A DNA stretch of 64,000 bases from Eledone cirrhosa (taxonomy: Eukaryota): NCBI GenBank assembly GCA_964016885.1, contig OZ024755.1, positions 5,828,001-5,892,000 on the forward strand, in the 5' to 3' direction. Positions within the stretch are counted from its first letter, which is position 1. Each line of letters opens with the position of its first letter. The notes under the pieces are model-generated. The model saw only the letters and a program-made list of their open reading frames with translations. It was not told the DNA's origin and did not search any database. Made by a program: the position numbers and the translations under genes. Positions 1 through 12,877 of the stretch are shown piece after piece.

Positions 1-190
1 ATAATTCGATTGCTCGTTTTATTTTGAACTGTTTCAGCTTCGCATTTGAAAAGGGGTGTCAACCCTGAAATATGTTAAAATACACTGGGTAAAACATTAC
101 TTCGTTTTGTTTTAGTTATTTGCTGTACGTATTTTTCTAGCGCACTGTACTGGCTTTTTGAAAACTATCAGTCTTTACCACACACACACC

Positions 191-250
<60 letters not shown>

Positions 251-339
251 CAGGGAGTGTAACGGCAAGTTACTGTAGGTTCACCCAGTGAGCACTCGAT
301 ATTTAGGTTCAGGTCAGTATCGAGGTGTGTGTATGTATG

Positions 340-427
<88 letters not shown>

Positions 428-1259
428 GTAATAAACAATGTTGTTTATTACATAACTAATAAGCTCTGTAACCTACATAGAGCACTCTTTTTTCCTGTAC
501 CTTTCCGACGGAATTACTTCACATATATATAACAAAAGTGTGCACTCTGGCCAGCTGGGTTCGAATTTTAATAATACGAACTTAGTTCCCCATTGAGTGA
601 GTGAGGAATCGGCCGAAGCTCTATCAGTTCTATTCGACTTGTTTCGTCTCTTAATTATATATATATAATTGTTTCTACGTTAGGCACAAGGCCAGCAATT
701 ACCCAGTGCATTACTGGTACTTTATTTTATCGACCCCGTAAGGATGAAAGGCAAAGTCAACCTCGGTGGGATTTGAACTCAGATCGTAAAGGGACGTAAC
801 TATGCTGGAAAGCCTGGCGTCCGACCCTCTACCGATACTGCCAATCCACCGCCTTATATATATATATATAATGACTGTATATGTGTATGGGCATACGTGT
901 TTGTCAGTGTGTGTATGTTTGTATCTCCGTGTCTTTATTTACGTATGTGTTTGTATTTATATTCCGAAACCTATCTTGTCGACAAAACGAGATCAATCAG
1001 TACAGGTCCTGAAAAAACTATGTATTGGTATCGATATGATCGACTATATCAAGGCGATGCCCTAGTATGGCCGCTGTCTAATAACTAAAAACAGTAACTG
1101 AATATGTGTAGGAAAGTTAAAATATGTGTAAGAAAGACCTGGATTTCCGGTCTAGCATCCGGGCATCTGAACTGAGATTGTCGACATATACCGGAAATTA
1201 ACGGTAGTCAAGAAAAGAGAATCGAAGAAGCAAGGAAGAAAAATGAGATGCTTGCTTTC

Positions 1260-1306
<47 letters not shown>

Positions 1307-1334
1307 TATATATATTATACTACATATATATATA

Positions 1335-1383
<49 letters not shown>

Positions 1384-1563
1384 TATATATATAGTGTATA
1401 TATATTATATTACATATATATATGTGTGTATATATATATATAGTGTATATATATTATATTACATATATATATATGTGTGTGGATATATATATATGTGTAT
1501 GTGTGTGTGTGTATATATGTATATATATATATATATGTGCGTGTGTGTTTGTATGGGTGTGTG

Positions 1564-1613
<50 letters not shown>

Positions 1614-2318
1614 GCACTGACTATAGTAAATGACACTTGCTAAATACACCAGGCAGTGGGTTCCAGCTTGGGACCTTAAGATTACGAAGCTAACATCTTT
1701 ACCATTCAGTTGTCTAACGCTTGATGTAGTTGGACAAACGATATAACGTTTCGGACGTCAGTCCTTCATCTTTATATATGACATATCAATCATTGATTTC
1801 AAAAATGATATACATTCAACGCTTTAGCTGTCATTATTGACGGCACAGGTAGACTAGCTTCTCATATACTATCCATTAAATCCTTAGTAGTTAATTTATA
1901 TTACCACCAACTGTTCACCTTATATATTAGCAATCACCTGGTACAAATTGGGGAGTAAATAGAAACGAAACAAAAACTAGAAACTAACGAAACGAAACTG
2001 ATATATTTAATTTCCTGCTTCATTTTTTGTTATCTTGAATTATATATTAGCTTTGTGTGAATAACTTCTAGGTGATAGCTTTCAGGAAGTTCTCAATATT
2101 TTCCTATGTCGAAGACCGCTTCATCCATGTGTTACGTGCAAATCTGCATGCGCACATAACGCAAACAAACGAATTATATATGCATCTATCTGTGTATGTA
2201 TGTATGTATGCGTATATGTACCTATGTATGCATATATGTATATATATGTACCTATGTATGCATATATATATATATATGTACCTATGTATGCATATATATA
2301 TATATATGTACCTATGTA

Positions 2319-2366
<48 letters not shown>

Positions 2367-2621
2367 GTATGTGTATATATATGCATCGTTGTATGCACGT
2401 ATGTATATGTATAGGTGTGCGCCTGCGTTTGAATGTGTAAATTGGGAAGCGTACTCAATACGAGTAGTAGAGATTATTTTATTCGAAACTAATGATCAAC
2501 ACCAATGCTACACACACACACGCACACATGAATACACCTACTGTCTACTGTCAAAACGAGATTTATAAACAGGTAATTTGTATGACAGGAAAATATATAC
2601 ATGTATTTATGTATGTAAGTA

Positions 2622-2654
<33 letters not shown>

Positions 2655-2685
2655 GCATATATATTTATTGAAATAAATGATTAAT

Positions 2686-2734
2686 GTTTAAGCAAAGAAT
2701 CGCTGCTTTCACCCTTAACGGGATCTTCTGAAAC
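2686..2734 (-). ncRNA. Hammerhead-like fold with variant core (CAGAAGA), copy 1
   Basis: GTTT-CAGAAGA-T-CCC(GTTAA)GGG-T-GAAA-GCAGCG(ATT)CTTTGC-TT^AAAC. Confidence 0.5.
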
Positions 2735-4057
2735 TAAAAAAAAAAAAATCAATCTGTGAACGCAGAAGTAAATATATTGAAAAACGTTGTAACCGAAGGA
2801 AAACAGGAAGACGATACTTTGGTTCAATAGATGTCAAAAGATTGCTACCTTGGGGGTTGTAAATAAATGCCATGATATTTGTTCCGGCGCTCTAAGTTCA
2901 AATCCTGCCAAGATCAACTTTGAGTTCAGATTTCGCCAAAGTCAACTTTGCGATCAAATCTTGCGTTCAGATCTCGCTAAAGTCAACTTTGAGTTCAGAT
3001 CTCGCTAAAGTCAACTTTGAGTTCAGATCTCGCTAAAGTACTTCGCGTTCAAATCTCGCCAAGGTCAACTTCGCCTTTCATGTTTTTCGATATCGATAAA
3101 TAAAATACCAGTCCAGTACTGGTTCGTTCTCTCTCTCTCTCTCGATGATAAATTATATTATAATTGTAATTGTGAAACTGTCTGTGTCTGTGAAACCGGT
3201 AAGCAGTCCATCACGTGACATGTTCTTGCTTACCAACAGAAACATTATATTCCTTGCGATTGTCTTCTTTTAAATGTCTTCAATTGATTTCTACAGCTTT
3301 GCTGAAATCGATCAAGTGAACGTTCAAAAAGTATCTTAATTGATTCTTTCTACATAAACCCCCCTCTCTCTCTCTCTCTCTCTCACACACACATCTCTCC
3401 TCTCTCTATTTTCTGCTACCCCCCCCCCCCCCCCCCTCACACACTTTCCTCTTATTCTTTCTCGCTTTTTATGTTTTGTCTTTCTAAATCAATTATCCTT
3501 TTCCATCAATGTCTCACATTTTCCTCTCTCTCTCCGTCTGTCTCATCTCTCTCTCATCTCTCTCCCTGTCTCATCTTTCTCTCATCTCTCTCGCCCTCTG
3601 TCTCATCTCTCTCTCTCTCCCTCTGTCTCATCTCTCCCTCTGTCTCATCTCTCTCTCTGTCTGTCTCATCTCTCTCTCTATTATCTCTCCCTCTGTCTCA
3701 TCTCTCTCTCTCTCTCATCTCTCCCTCTGTCTCATCTCTCTCTCCGTCTCTCTCATCTCTCCGTCACCCGCCTGATAGATAGGAGAGAGAGAGGGGTGGG
3801 CGTCATATGTGTATGAAATGTTTTAGTGACAGAAAACAGTACACACACACACGCACACACTTATACAAACGCATGTTTATATGTGTATACATATACGCAC
3901 ATACATATACATACATACGTATACATATATATGTGTGTGTGTATACATACATATATGTGTGTGTCTGTGTGTGTGTGTGTGTACATACATATATATGTTT
4001 GTGTATACATATATGTGTGTTTTGTGTATATATATATATACATGTGTGTACGTGTGT

Positions 4058-4094
<37 letters not shown>

Positions 4095-4152
4095 GCGTTA
4101 TATATATATATTTACATGTGTGTGTTTTTTATATATATATACATGTGTGTAT

Positions 4153-4196
<44 letters not shown>

Positions 4197-4213
4197 GTGC
4201 GTGTGTGTGGGTG

Positions 4214-4254
<41 letters not shown>

Positions 4255-4280
4255 TATATACATGTGTGTGTGTCTGTTTG

Positions 4281-4319
<39 letters not shown>

Positions 4320-4329
4320 CATGTGGGTG

Positions 4330-4371
<42 letters not shown>

Positions 4372-5330
4372 GTGTGTGTGTGTTTTATATATATATATAT
4401 ATATATACATGTGTGTGTTTCTTCATCCTTCATTCACAGCAGCCTGGTGTTTATGGTTTTAGCCAGTAAAGTTGATTGCTACAGATCGATAGCTAACAAT
4501 CTTTGACCAAACTTCCATCATCCATTACTAGCTGTAATTAATAACAGTCTTATTCCATTCTTGTTACCTTCTCACAAGATGGCGGCTCATCCTCTCTTTT
4601 CTCTTCTCCTTGTTGTTGTTATTGCTGTTACTGTTGTTGATATTGTTTTAGTTGTTGTTGTTCTTGATATTGTTGTTGCTGTTGTTGATATCGTTTTAGT
4701 TGTTGTTGCTGTTACTGTTAATATTGTTCTAACTGATAGTTCTACAAATACTGTTGTTGTTGTTATTGTTGTTACTGTTGTTGTTGGTTTAACTGATGTT
4801 TTTAGTTGTTACTGTTGTTGTTTCACTTGCTGATTGCAGTTGTTATTGTCATGTTACTGTTGTTGTTATTATAGTTGTTTCTACTTTTGGGCACAAGGCC
4901 AGGAATCATACCAGTACATTACTGGTACTTTATTTTATCGACCCCATAAGGATGAAAGGCAAAGTTAACCTTGGCGGGATTTGAACTGAGACCATAAAGG
5001 GCCGCAACTCTATGTATCCAAGCATGGCGTCCGACCCTCTACTGCCAATCCACCGCCCTTTGACGATAATGATAATGATATGTATATATATAGAGCCGAC
5101 TTTGGATTTTGGTCTTTGTATTTATTATTACTCTAAATTGCTGGCCTTGTGCCTAAAGTAGAAAGAATTATTAGAGGGAGAGGGAGAGAGAGAGATACAA
5201 AAATATTACTTTAAGTACCATTAAATATCATATATATTTAAACGTCATCTTAGACAATATCATTATCGAACTAACATATACACATTCATACATACATACA
5301 TACATACATACATACATACATACATACATA

Positions 5331-5555
5331 CTATACCAACCCGCTTGGACCAAAGTATGACTGAACTTGGATTTGCGGACAAAAAGCGCAGCTCCCTAAT
5401 TCATAGTCTACAAATGGCTGCGATAGCTGGCACCTTCAAAATTTGCAAAACATTCTTGCGATTCAAGGGATGACAATTTCTTTTCTTTTACAACCTTGCC
5501 ACCAGGAAGGTGGCCGGTCAAAAAAAATATACTCGAAATTAAGAGAAAGAGATAA
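5331..5555 (+). mobile_element. 5'-truncated non-LTR retrotransposon 3' end, probably restriction-like-endonuclease (R4/Dong-like) type, within (CATA)n
   Basis: 5333-5473 reads IPTRLDQSMTELGFADKKRSSLIHSLQMAAIAGTFKICKTFLRFKG*, resembling RLE C-termini (LQKA.I.GT..I...FL); (CATA)n on both sides. Confidence 0.65.
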
Positions 5556-5834
5556 CATACATACATACATACCATTACTTATATTTTTACCTCGGAGACC
5601 CATCAAACTTATATCAAATTAAGCATTGTTCATCAATCTTCATCTCTGCGTATCATCATTTTTCTCACAGCTACCATCTATAATTGATTGCCCCCACTTT
5701 CATTATTTCATTAATATCTTGTTTTATTTAACATTTTTTATTTATATATTTTTACGTTAATATCGTGTTCAAAATATATATTAAAAAGTGTGTTGCTTCT
5801 GTAATTTATTTATCCCCAACACCTACAGCTTAAC

Positions 5835-6065
5835 CATGTGGTTAGAATATCTCAGGGAAGAATTACTGGATAGATTTTATAAAGGGAAAAAAGCAACCAA
5901 CCGGCTGGCGGGCAAGCAGGAGATCCTGGGTTAGAATCCCAGGTAAGATGGTTGGATAACATCCATGAGTTTGGTTGGTTTCTGTTGGAGATACAGCCGG
6001 ATCAGTTGAAGGCAGTTGCTTCTGACAGGACATGCTGAAAGGAGTGTTTTGAGGACAGAAGAAGA
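5835..6065 (+). mobile_element. RTE-like LINE 3'-end repeat family with (GAA)n tail; copies at 21450-21700 (+) and 62900-63140 (-)
   Basis: Three mutually similar copies sharing GATGGTTGGATAACATC...GATCAGTTG...GTTGCTTCTGACAGGAC; translates as RWLDNI...DQLKAVASDR. Confidence 0.65.
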
Positions 6066-6738
6066 AGGAAAAGAAGAAGTAAAGAAAAAGAAAAAGAAGA
6101 GGAAAAGAAAAAGGAAAAGAAGAAGGAGGAGGAGACCCATATCTCGTTGTTGGCCTTTATCTTTGATAATATTCTAATCTTCTCTTCGACTGCTTTGACG
6201 ATATATCAGTTTCTTCGAACAAGATTAAATAATATCCAAGTTATTTTCTTTCTTTTTTTCAATTATTTCTTGATTCTTTTTATAGAAGGACATTGTCGAT
6301 TTAAAAGACTAAAGTATATTGCTGGTACTTAATTTAATAAATCCGTATGATGAAATCCACCATGCTAAGATTTAAACCCAGATCTTGGATGTACGAAACT
6401 AAATACTGTAAGCTAGTATTTAGTTTCGCACTTCTATAAGGCGCTTACCGCTTTTTTTTCTAGTCAAGTATTGGAAATAAAAAAAAAAATAAGAAAAAAA
6501 GGTTGGCAAAGCTTCTAACAAATTCCGATATGAAGATTAAATATAAGAAAGATATTTTTAATTCTCAACAAATGTAAGCGAGAAACTATCCTTTATCTAT
6601 GTATTACTTCTTGAGTAAGCTATAGTAATAAAATTAAATGTCACAACACGAACATCTTAATAATTTGATATTTAATATTATAAAAAATATATCTAAAAAA
6701 ATACAATTACATATGTATTAATTCCTTAATGTGTGTGT

Positions 6739-6821
<83 letters not shown>

Positions 6822-7706
6822 CAAAGAGAGGAGGGGGACAGAGAGATAGGGGGAGGGGGCGGAGAGAGAGGGAGAGAGACAGAGAGACAGAGACAGAGAG
6901 AGAGAGAGACATATCTATTTGTTATTACTCACTGCTGAAGGGTCAGTAGACCTCGTGGTCCTGGGGGACAGGATGTAGGTGACATCTCATTTCTACAGCT
7001 GAATAAACTGGAGCAACGTGAAATAAAGTGTCTTGCTCAACATATCACCTGGTCTGAGAATTGAACTCACAACCTTTCGATTGCAAGCCCAATGCTCTAA
7101 CCAATAAGCCTTCACATCTTAACTATTCGGTCATACTGTATGCATGGATTCTGTCTAATCATTATTCCAGCAACCTGTGTGTTCAGGACTTGTTGGATTA
7201 TAACTGACTTAAGAGTACACACAAGTGAAACACACAACTTAGCATAAGATGGGACCCTGACGTTGAACATTAAGTGGCCAGTTTACGGACACAGCGCATA
7301 ATGAATGAAATAATACGAAGTGACAATCTCTTGGATGGTCGCCAGCTACTCTATCGATGCAGCAGTAAGCACTTCATTTTACCAAAGATGTATGACATTT
7401 TCACAACCATATTTTCTGTTTCCATCAATAATGTTGATAATCACAGCTGGCCTGCAGTCATGAGAGTTCAAGCGATATTGCTTTTCCTTTCTCTTTATTT
7501 CGTTCTTCCTTTCTTTCTCCCTTCCTTCCACCCTACTTTTCACATTTCACTTTTCCTTTCGACCAGATGATGAGAATCCTATTAGCCAAGTATAAATTAT
7601 GTAGATCCTGTGAAAAGCAAGCCTGTACATATTCTCAATTTTGTTGGAAGAACGCAGCATGTAAATTACAACAGTGTCTATTCTTGTACAGAATGGAATA
7701 ATATAG

Positions 7707-7737
<31 letters not shown>

Positions 7738-8290
7738 GTGTGTGGTGTGTGGTGTGTGGTGTGTGTGTGTGGGGGGGGGGGAGATATATAGATACATCCA
7801 TATACAGTGAAAATATATTTACGCGTGTGAATAAGAAAAAAATAAGGAGCGACACCTTACCCCCACCCGTATGTGTGTGTGTGGTGTGTGTGTGTGGTGT
7901 GTGTGTGTGGTGTGTGGTGTGTGGTGTGTGTGGTGTGTGGTGTGTGGTGTGTGTGTTAGTGATTCTTTATTTTGAAGTTTTACCGAAATTAGTCTTTCCA
8001 AAGCATACAGACATATATACACATTGGTTACACGCCAATACACTCTGTATATATATATATATAAAGAAAGGGAGAGGGTGTAGAAGAGAGAGAGAGAGAT
8101 AGAGCGGGTGTAGAAGAGAGAGAGAGGGTGTAGAAGAGAGGGAGTGTGTGTGAGAGAGAAAGAGAGAGAATATAGATAGATAGATATCGTTTCCTTTTAG
8201 CTAGACGGACACCGGCAAATTTAAATCGATCGATTACCAACAATCGGAAAATATATATGAGAGAGAGGGAGATAGAGAGAGAATTTATTT

Positions 8291-8292
8291 AA

Positions 8293-8330
<38 letters not shown>

Positions 8331-8596
8331 GCAGCAGCAACAGCAGCAGCGGCGTGCTGTGTCACCCAAACGTACTTCAGTTGGTCTGCCGTCTTGGAAA
8401 CAACGACAGTAAGAAGGAAGTCAATGGCAACGGTAGTGCTTGTTTACTAGGTTGGCAATAGTCGATGGGAGACAATAGTGAGAACCGTTGCTAGTACCAA
8501 AGGTGGTAGCATGTTAGCAGCAGCAGCAATAGCAGCAACAACATCATCATCATCATCATCAACAACAACAACAGCAACAGCAACAACAACAACAGC
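8291..8596. repeat. (CAG/CAA)n and (CAT)n trinucleotide tracts flanking a unique core
   Basis: Tracts at 8291-8350 and 8515-8596. Confidence 0.85.
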
Positions 8597-9902
8597 TGAA
8601 AGAAGATGATGTACTATCAACAGTTGTGTGTTAATGGTGACACATACACAGACTGGCAGACACTGGTTGTATTATTATCATTCAGTTATTCAGCTTTCGT
8701 GACAAAGAGAAAGAAGCAACGCGTCAAAGACGGAGACAGCTAGAAAGACTGTATCTGTTCTCTGGCCATACTAGAAATAGCAGCCAAATGTTCCTATTCG
8801 TCACACAACCCTTTTATTTAGGGAGGACACATTGGAAATGTAATCTGGAATTTACAGAAAGACGGAAATATCCCTGCCAGGGAAGCCTGCCATCAAATGT
8901 CTCCTCAGTCGGGGTTGACCTATGTTTAACCCTTTAATGTTCAAACCGGCCAAAGCCAGTCAGAATTCTCTACCCTTTTCTGTTGAAACCGGCTGTAACT
9001 GGTCGCTCAAACTGATGTTAAGGTATTGTTCTCAACATAAATACTTTCAAAATCTCATAGATTCGATATTATGTGAGATAATTATGCGAGGTAAAGCCTT
9101 TACCATGAAAATATAATAGTATATATAGAGTAATATGAAGGCTAAAGGGTTAAACAACAATAACAACAGCAACAATAATAATGGTTTCTTATATAGGTAC
9201 AAGGCCAGTAATTTTGGGGGAGAGGAAGTCGATTAAATCGACCCCAGTGCGTGACTGGTACTTTATTTTATCGACCCCGTAAGGATGAAAGGCAAAGTTA
9301 ACCTCGACGGGATTTGAACTCAGAATGACAAGGGCCGTAACTCTATGCTAGAAAGCATGGCGTCCGATCCTCTACCGATACTGCCAATTCTAATATAAAA
9401 ACACTAACGAGGGGTCCTCTATATGGTCATTCGTACTGTTAACAATACCAGCCAAATCTCACTCAACTCTCACAGATCGAAGATATAAAAGAAGGGGGCA
9501 GGGAAAGACACAATTAGACAATATAAACCTGGCTATCTCAAAAGTGAGAGAACCTTCATGGCTAGAAAACCAGCGCCAATAATCTTGCTTCATCAAAGTT
9601 GATTAGGGGTTAGACAACAACGAAAGAAACACACACATACACACATACATATATATATATACACATACACACATACATATATATATACACACACACACAT
9701 ATATATATATACACATATATATATACACACACACACATATTTATATATACACACACACATATATATATATATACACACACATATATATATATATACACAC
9801 ACACACATATATATATACACACACACACATATATATATATACACACATATATATATATACACACACACACATGTATATATACACACACACACATGTATAT
9901 AT

Positions 9903-9950
<48 letters not shown>

Positions 9951-10286
9951 CCACACACATATATACACACCCACACACATATACACACATATATATATGT
10001 GTGTGTACATATAAGCATTGGAAAAGAATATTTGTGATTTAAAAATATGATCATTACAATACCGATAACTACAATATTAGTTGAATGAATGGAATAAAGT
10101 AAAAGTGGTGAGGCTCTTTGCATGCATCTGAGAAGGTCCAGAGGGCGCTGGTGTGTAGGCAGGTCTCTCTGGAAATAGGGTTAGGGCACTAAGGGTATCA
10201 CGTGATCTTGGGGCGAGGGGAGTGGCCCAAAGGTTTTGAGAACCTCTGCTGTAGATGAAGTGGATGAAAAACGCCAGCAGAACCTG

Positions 10287-10900
10287 TTTTGTTGTCATAG
10301 AGAGAAGCTCTGGAGACCTAGGGTTAATATAAGGCTCTGAAGACCTAGGGTTAACAAAGGGCTCTGGAGACCTAAGGTTAACATAAGGATCTGGAGACCA
10401 AGGGTTAACATAAGGCTCTGGAGACCTAGGGTTAACATAAGGCTCTGGAGACCAAGGGTTAACATAAGGCTCTGGAGACCAATGGTTAACATGGGTCTCT
10501 GGAGACCTAGGGTTAACAAAGGGCTCTGGAGATCAAGGGATAACATAGGGCTCTGGAGACCAAGGGTTAACAAAGGGCTCTGGAGATCAAGGGCTAACAT
10601 AGGGATCTGGTGACCAAGGGTTAACATAGGGCTCTGGAGACCTAGGGTTAACAAAGGGCTCTGGAGATCAAGGGTTAACATAAGGATCGGGAGACCTAGG
10701 GTTAACATAAGGATCGGGAGACCTAGGGTTAACATAAGGATCGGGAGACCTAGGGTTAACATAGGGCTCTGGAGACCAGGGGTTAACATAGGGCTATGGA
10801 GACCTAGGATTAACAAAGGGCTCTGGAGACCTAGGGTTAACAAAGGGCTCTAGAGACCAAGAGTTAACAAAGGGCTCTGGATACTTAGGGTTAACATAAG
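10287..10900. repeat. 27-bp minisatellite, about 22 copies
   Basis: Unit GGCTCTGGAGACCTAGGGTTAACA(T/A)A(A/G); explains the 9-aa periodic ORF 10295-10843. Confidence 0.95.
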
Positions 10901-11749
10901 GAGATTTAGGCGATAGAGTTCTCGTCGAAATGTAGTGAGAATATTGAAGACGACGAAATATTGCTTAAGAAACCCAAACGACCTTTTATAGGAGAATCTC
11001 TGTTTAACACAATTTCGTGCATTGATTTGTTAACACCAATATTATCCCGGAGAAGCATCAACGAGAATTCGAATCATTCTTCATGCAAATTTGTTTGAAA
11101 CTTATTGCGGCAGTTAAGCCTGCTAATGATATTGATAACCCCCAGCTTCTGTTGACTCAGTTCTTCCTTACTTCAGACATTTACGAGTGGAAATCAATTG
11201 TAATCCCACCTCCTATACAACAACCGGGACTGTCATCTACCGCAGGTAAATGAAATTAGCAATTTATGGTATTAACGCCCTTAGTAATACAGTTTAATGA
11301 GGAGTCACACTGTGTGTGTGTGCATATATATAAATATATATATATATTTATATATATATACATACATATTTATATATACATATTTATATATATATATATA
11401 TATATGTGCACACACACATATATATATATGCACACACATATATATATATGCACACACATATATATATATATGCACACATATATACATATATGCACACATA
11501 TATATATATATATTTATATATATATATACACATATATATATATTTATATATATATATTTATATATATATATTTATATATATATATTTATATATATATATT
11601 TATATATATATACACACATATATATATATATTTATATATATATATACACATATATATATTTATATATATATATACACATATATATATATATATACACACA
11701 CACATATATATATATATTTATATATATATACACACACATATATATATAT

Positions 11750-11786
<37 letters not shown>

Positions 11787-11932
11787 GCGATATCAGGATT
11801 TTGCCAGTTTTAAACTAGCAAGACCATTATTCAGCAGTGTTCAACGATACTTGGAATAGTAGAGTGTAACTATAGTAATAGTAGAGAGTAGGGGCTCGAC
11901 GGCTGAGCTCTTTCCGTTTCAACAGCTATAAC

Positions 11933-11973
<41 letters not shown>

Positions 11974-12160
11974 TCGTTTATTATAGCTAAGTGATGAGCC
12001 TCGTTCCAATAGAGTCCACCCATAGAAGACAGAAAATAACTCTGTAATATATATCTGTGTGTGTTTTTCTGTATAATATAAATATTAATTTACATATCTA
12101 GACAAAATGGTCGATATGTAGGTATGCAAATATCTATATCTATATATATGCGTGTGTGTG

Positions 12161-12207
<47 letters not shown>

Positions 12208-12507
12208 TAGATAGATAGATAGATAGATATTATTCCAGAATTGATAATCTACGATGTGTGAGCAAATTTTTCCCTCGTAGACAATATTTCAGCGGTAAAA
12301 TGGAAGAGCAGCAGATACCTGGTTGGTGAGTTTCAATCATCTTCAATTACAAGTTTCATAACTCACAGTAATCCAAGTCATTATTTTGCACAAGTCCTCA
12401 CGGATTTACACTAAGAAGATATATTATAGATTTCTCTACTTTATCATTACATATCGCTTACAGATACAAACACGTATATATGCGCGCGTACACTCATATA
12501 TTTTGTC

Positions 12508-12540
<33 letters not shown>

Positions 12541-12877
12541 TGTCTGTGTGTTCTCAATGCAGTCATATAAATCAAACTATCTATATGTAAATAGATACAC
12601 AGATATCGTTTTACATAGACACAGTAAAAAGCTTATATATATATATATATATATATTGGGATCATGACCTTCCCAAATACAGCAATATATATTCATCTAT
12701 CTACATGGGTGTATATATATATACACATATGTATATGCATATATATATCATGTGTGTGAGTGTGTGTTCGTTTATGTTTGTGTCTATAAGTATTTTTCAG
12801 TGTAAAAACACTGATAAATATAACAATGAAATACTTCTTTTTTTTCGATGAAAATCATGATGAATCATAAATATCTT

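Noticed and set aside
3141-3205. CTCGATGA...GAAACCGGTA hammerhead-like words
   Set aside because: The core is broken and no stems I/II could be drawn; too weak to call.
4561-4984. Hydrophobic Val-rich ORFs resembling membrane proteins
   Set aside because: Derived from a (GTT)n-rich tract and an antisense SINE.
7274-7570. 98-aa plus-strand ORF in unique sequence
   Set aside because: GTG start, no recognisable motif, runs into a pyrimidine tract, and no splice partners found; minus-strand frames are closed.
10295-10843. 182-aa LTLGLQSPM-repeat ORF resembling a leucine-rich repeat protein
   Set aside because: Coincides with a 27-bp minisatellite; no unique flanking domain or splice support.
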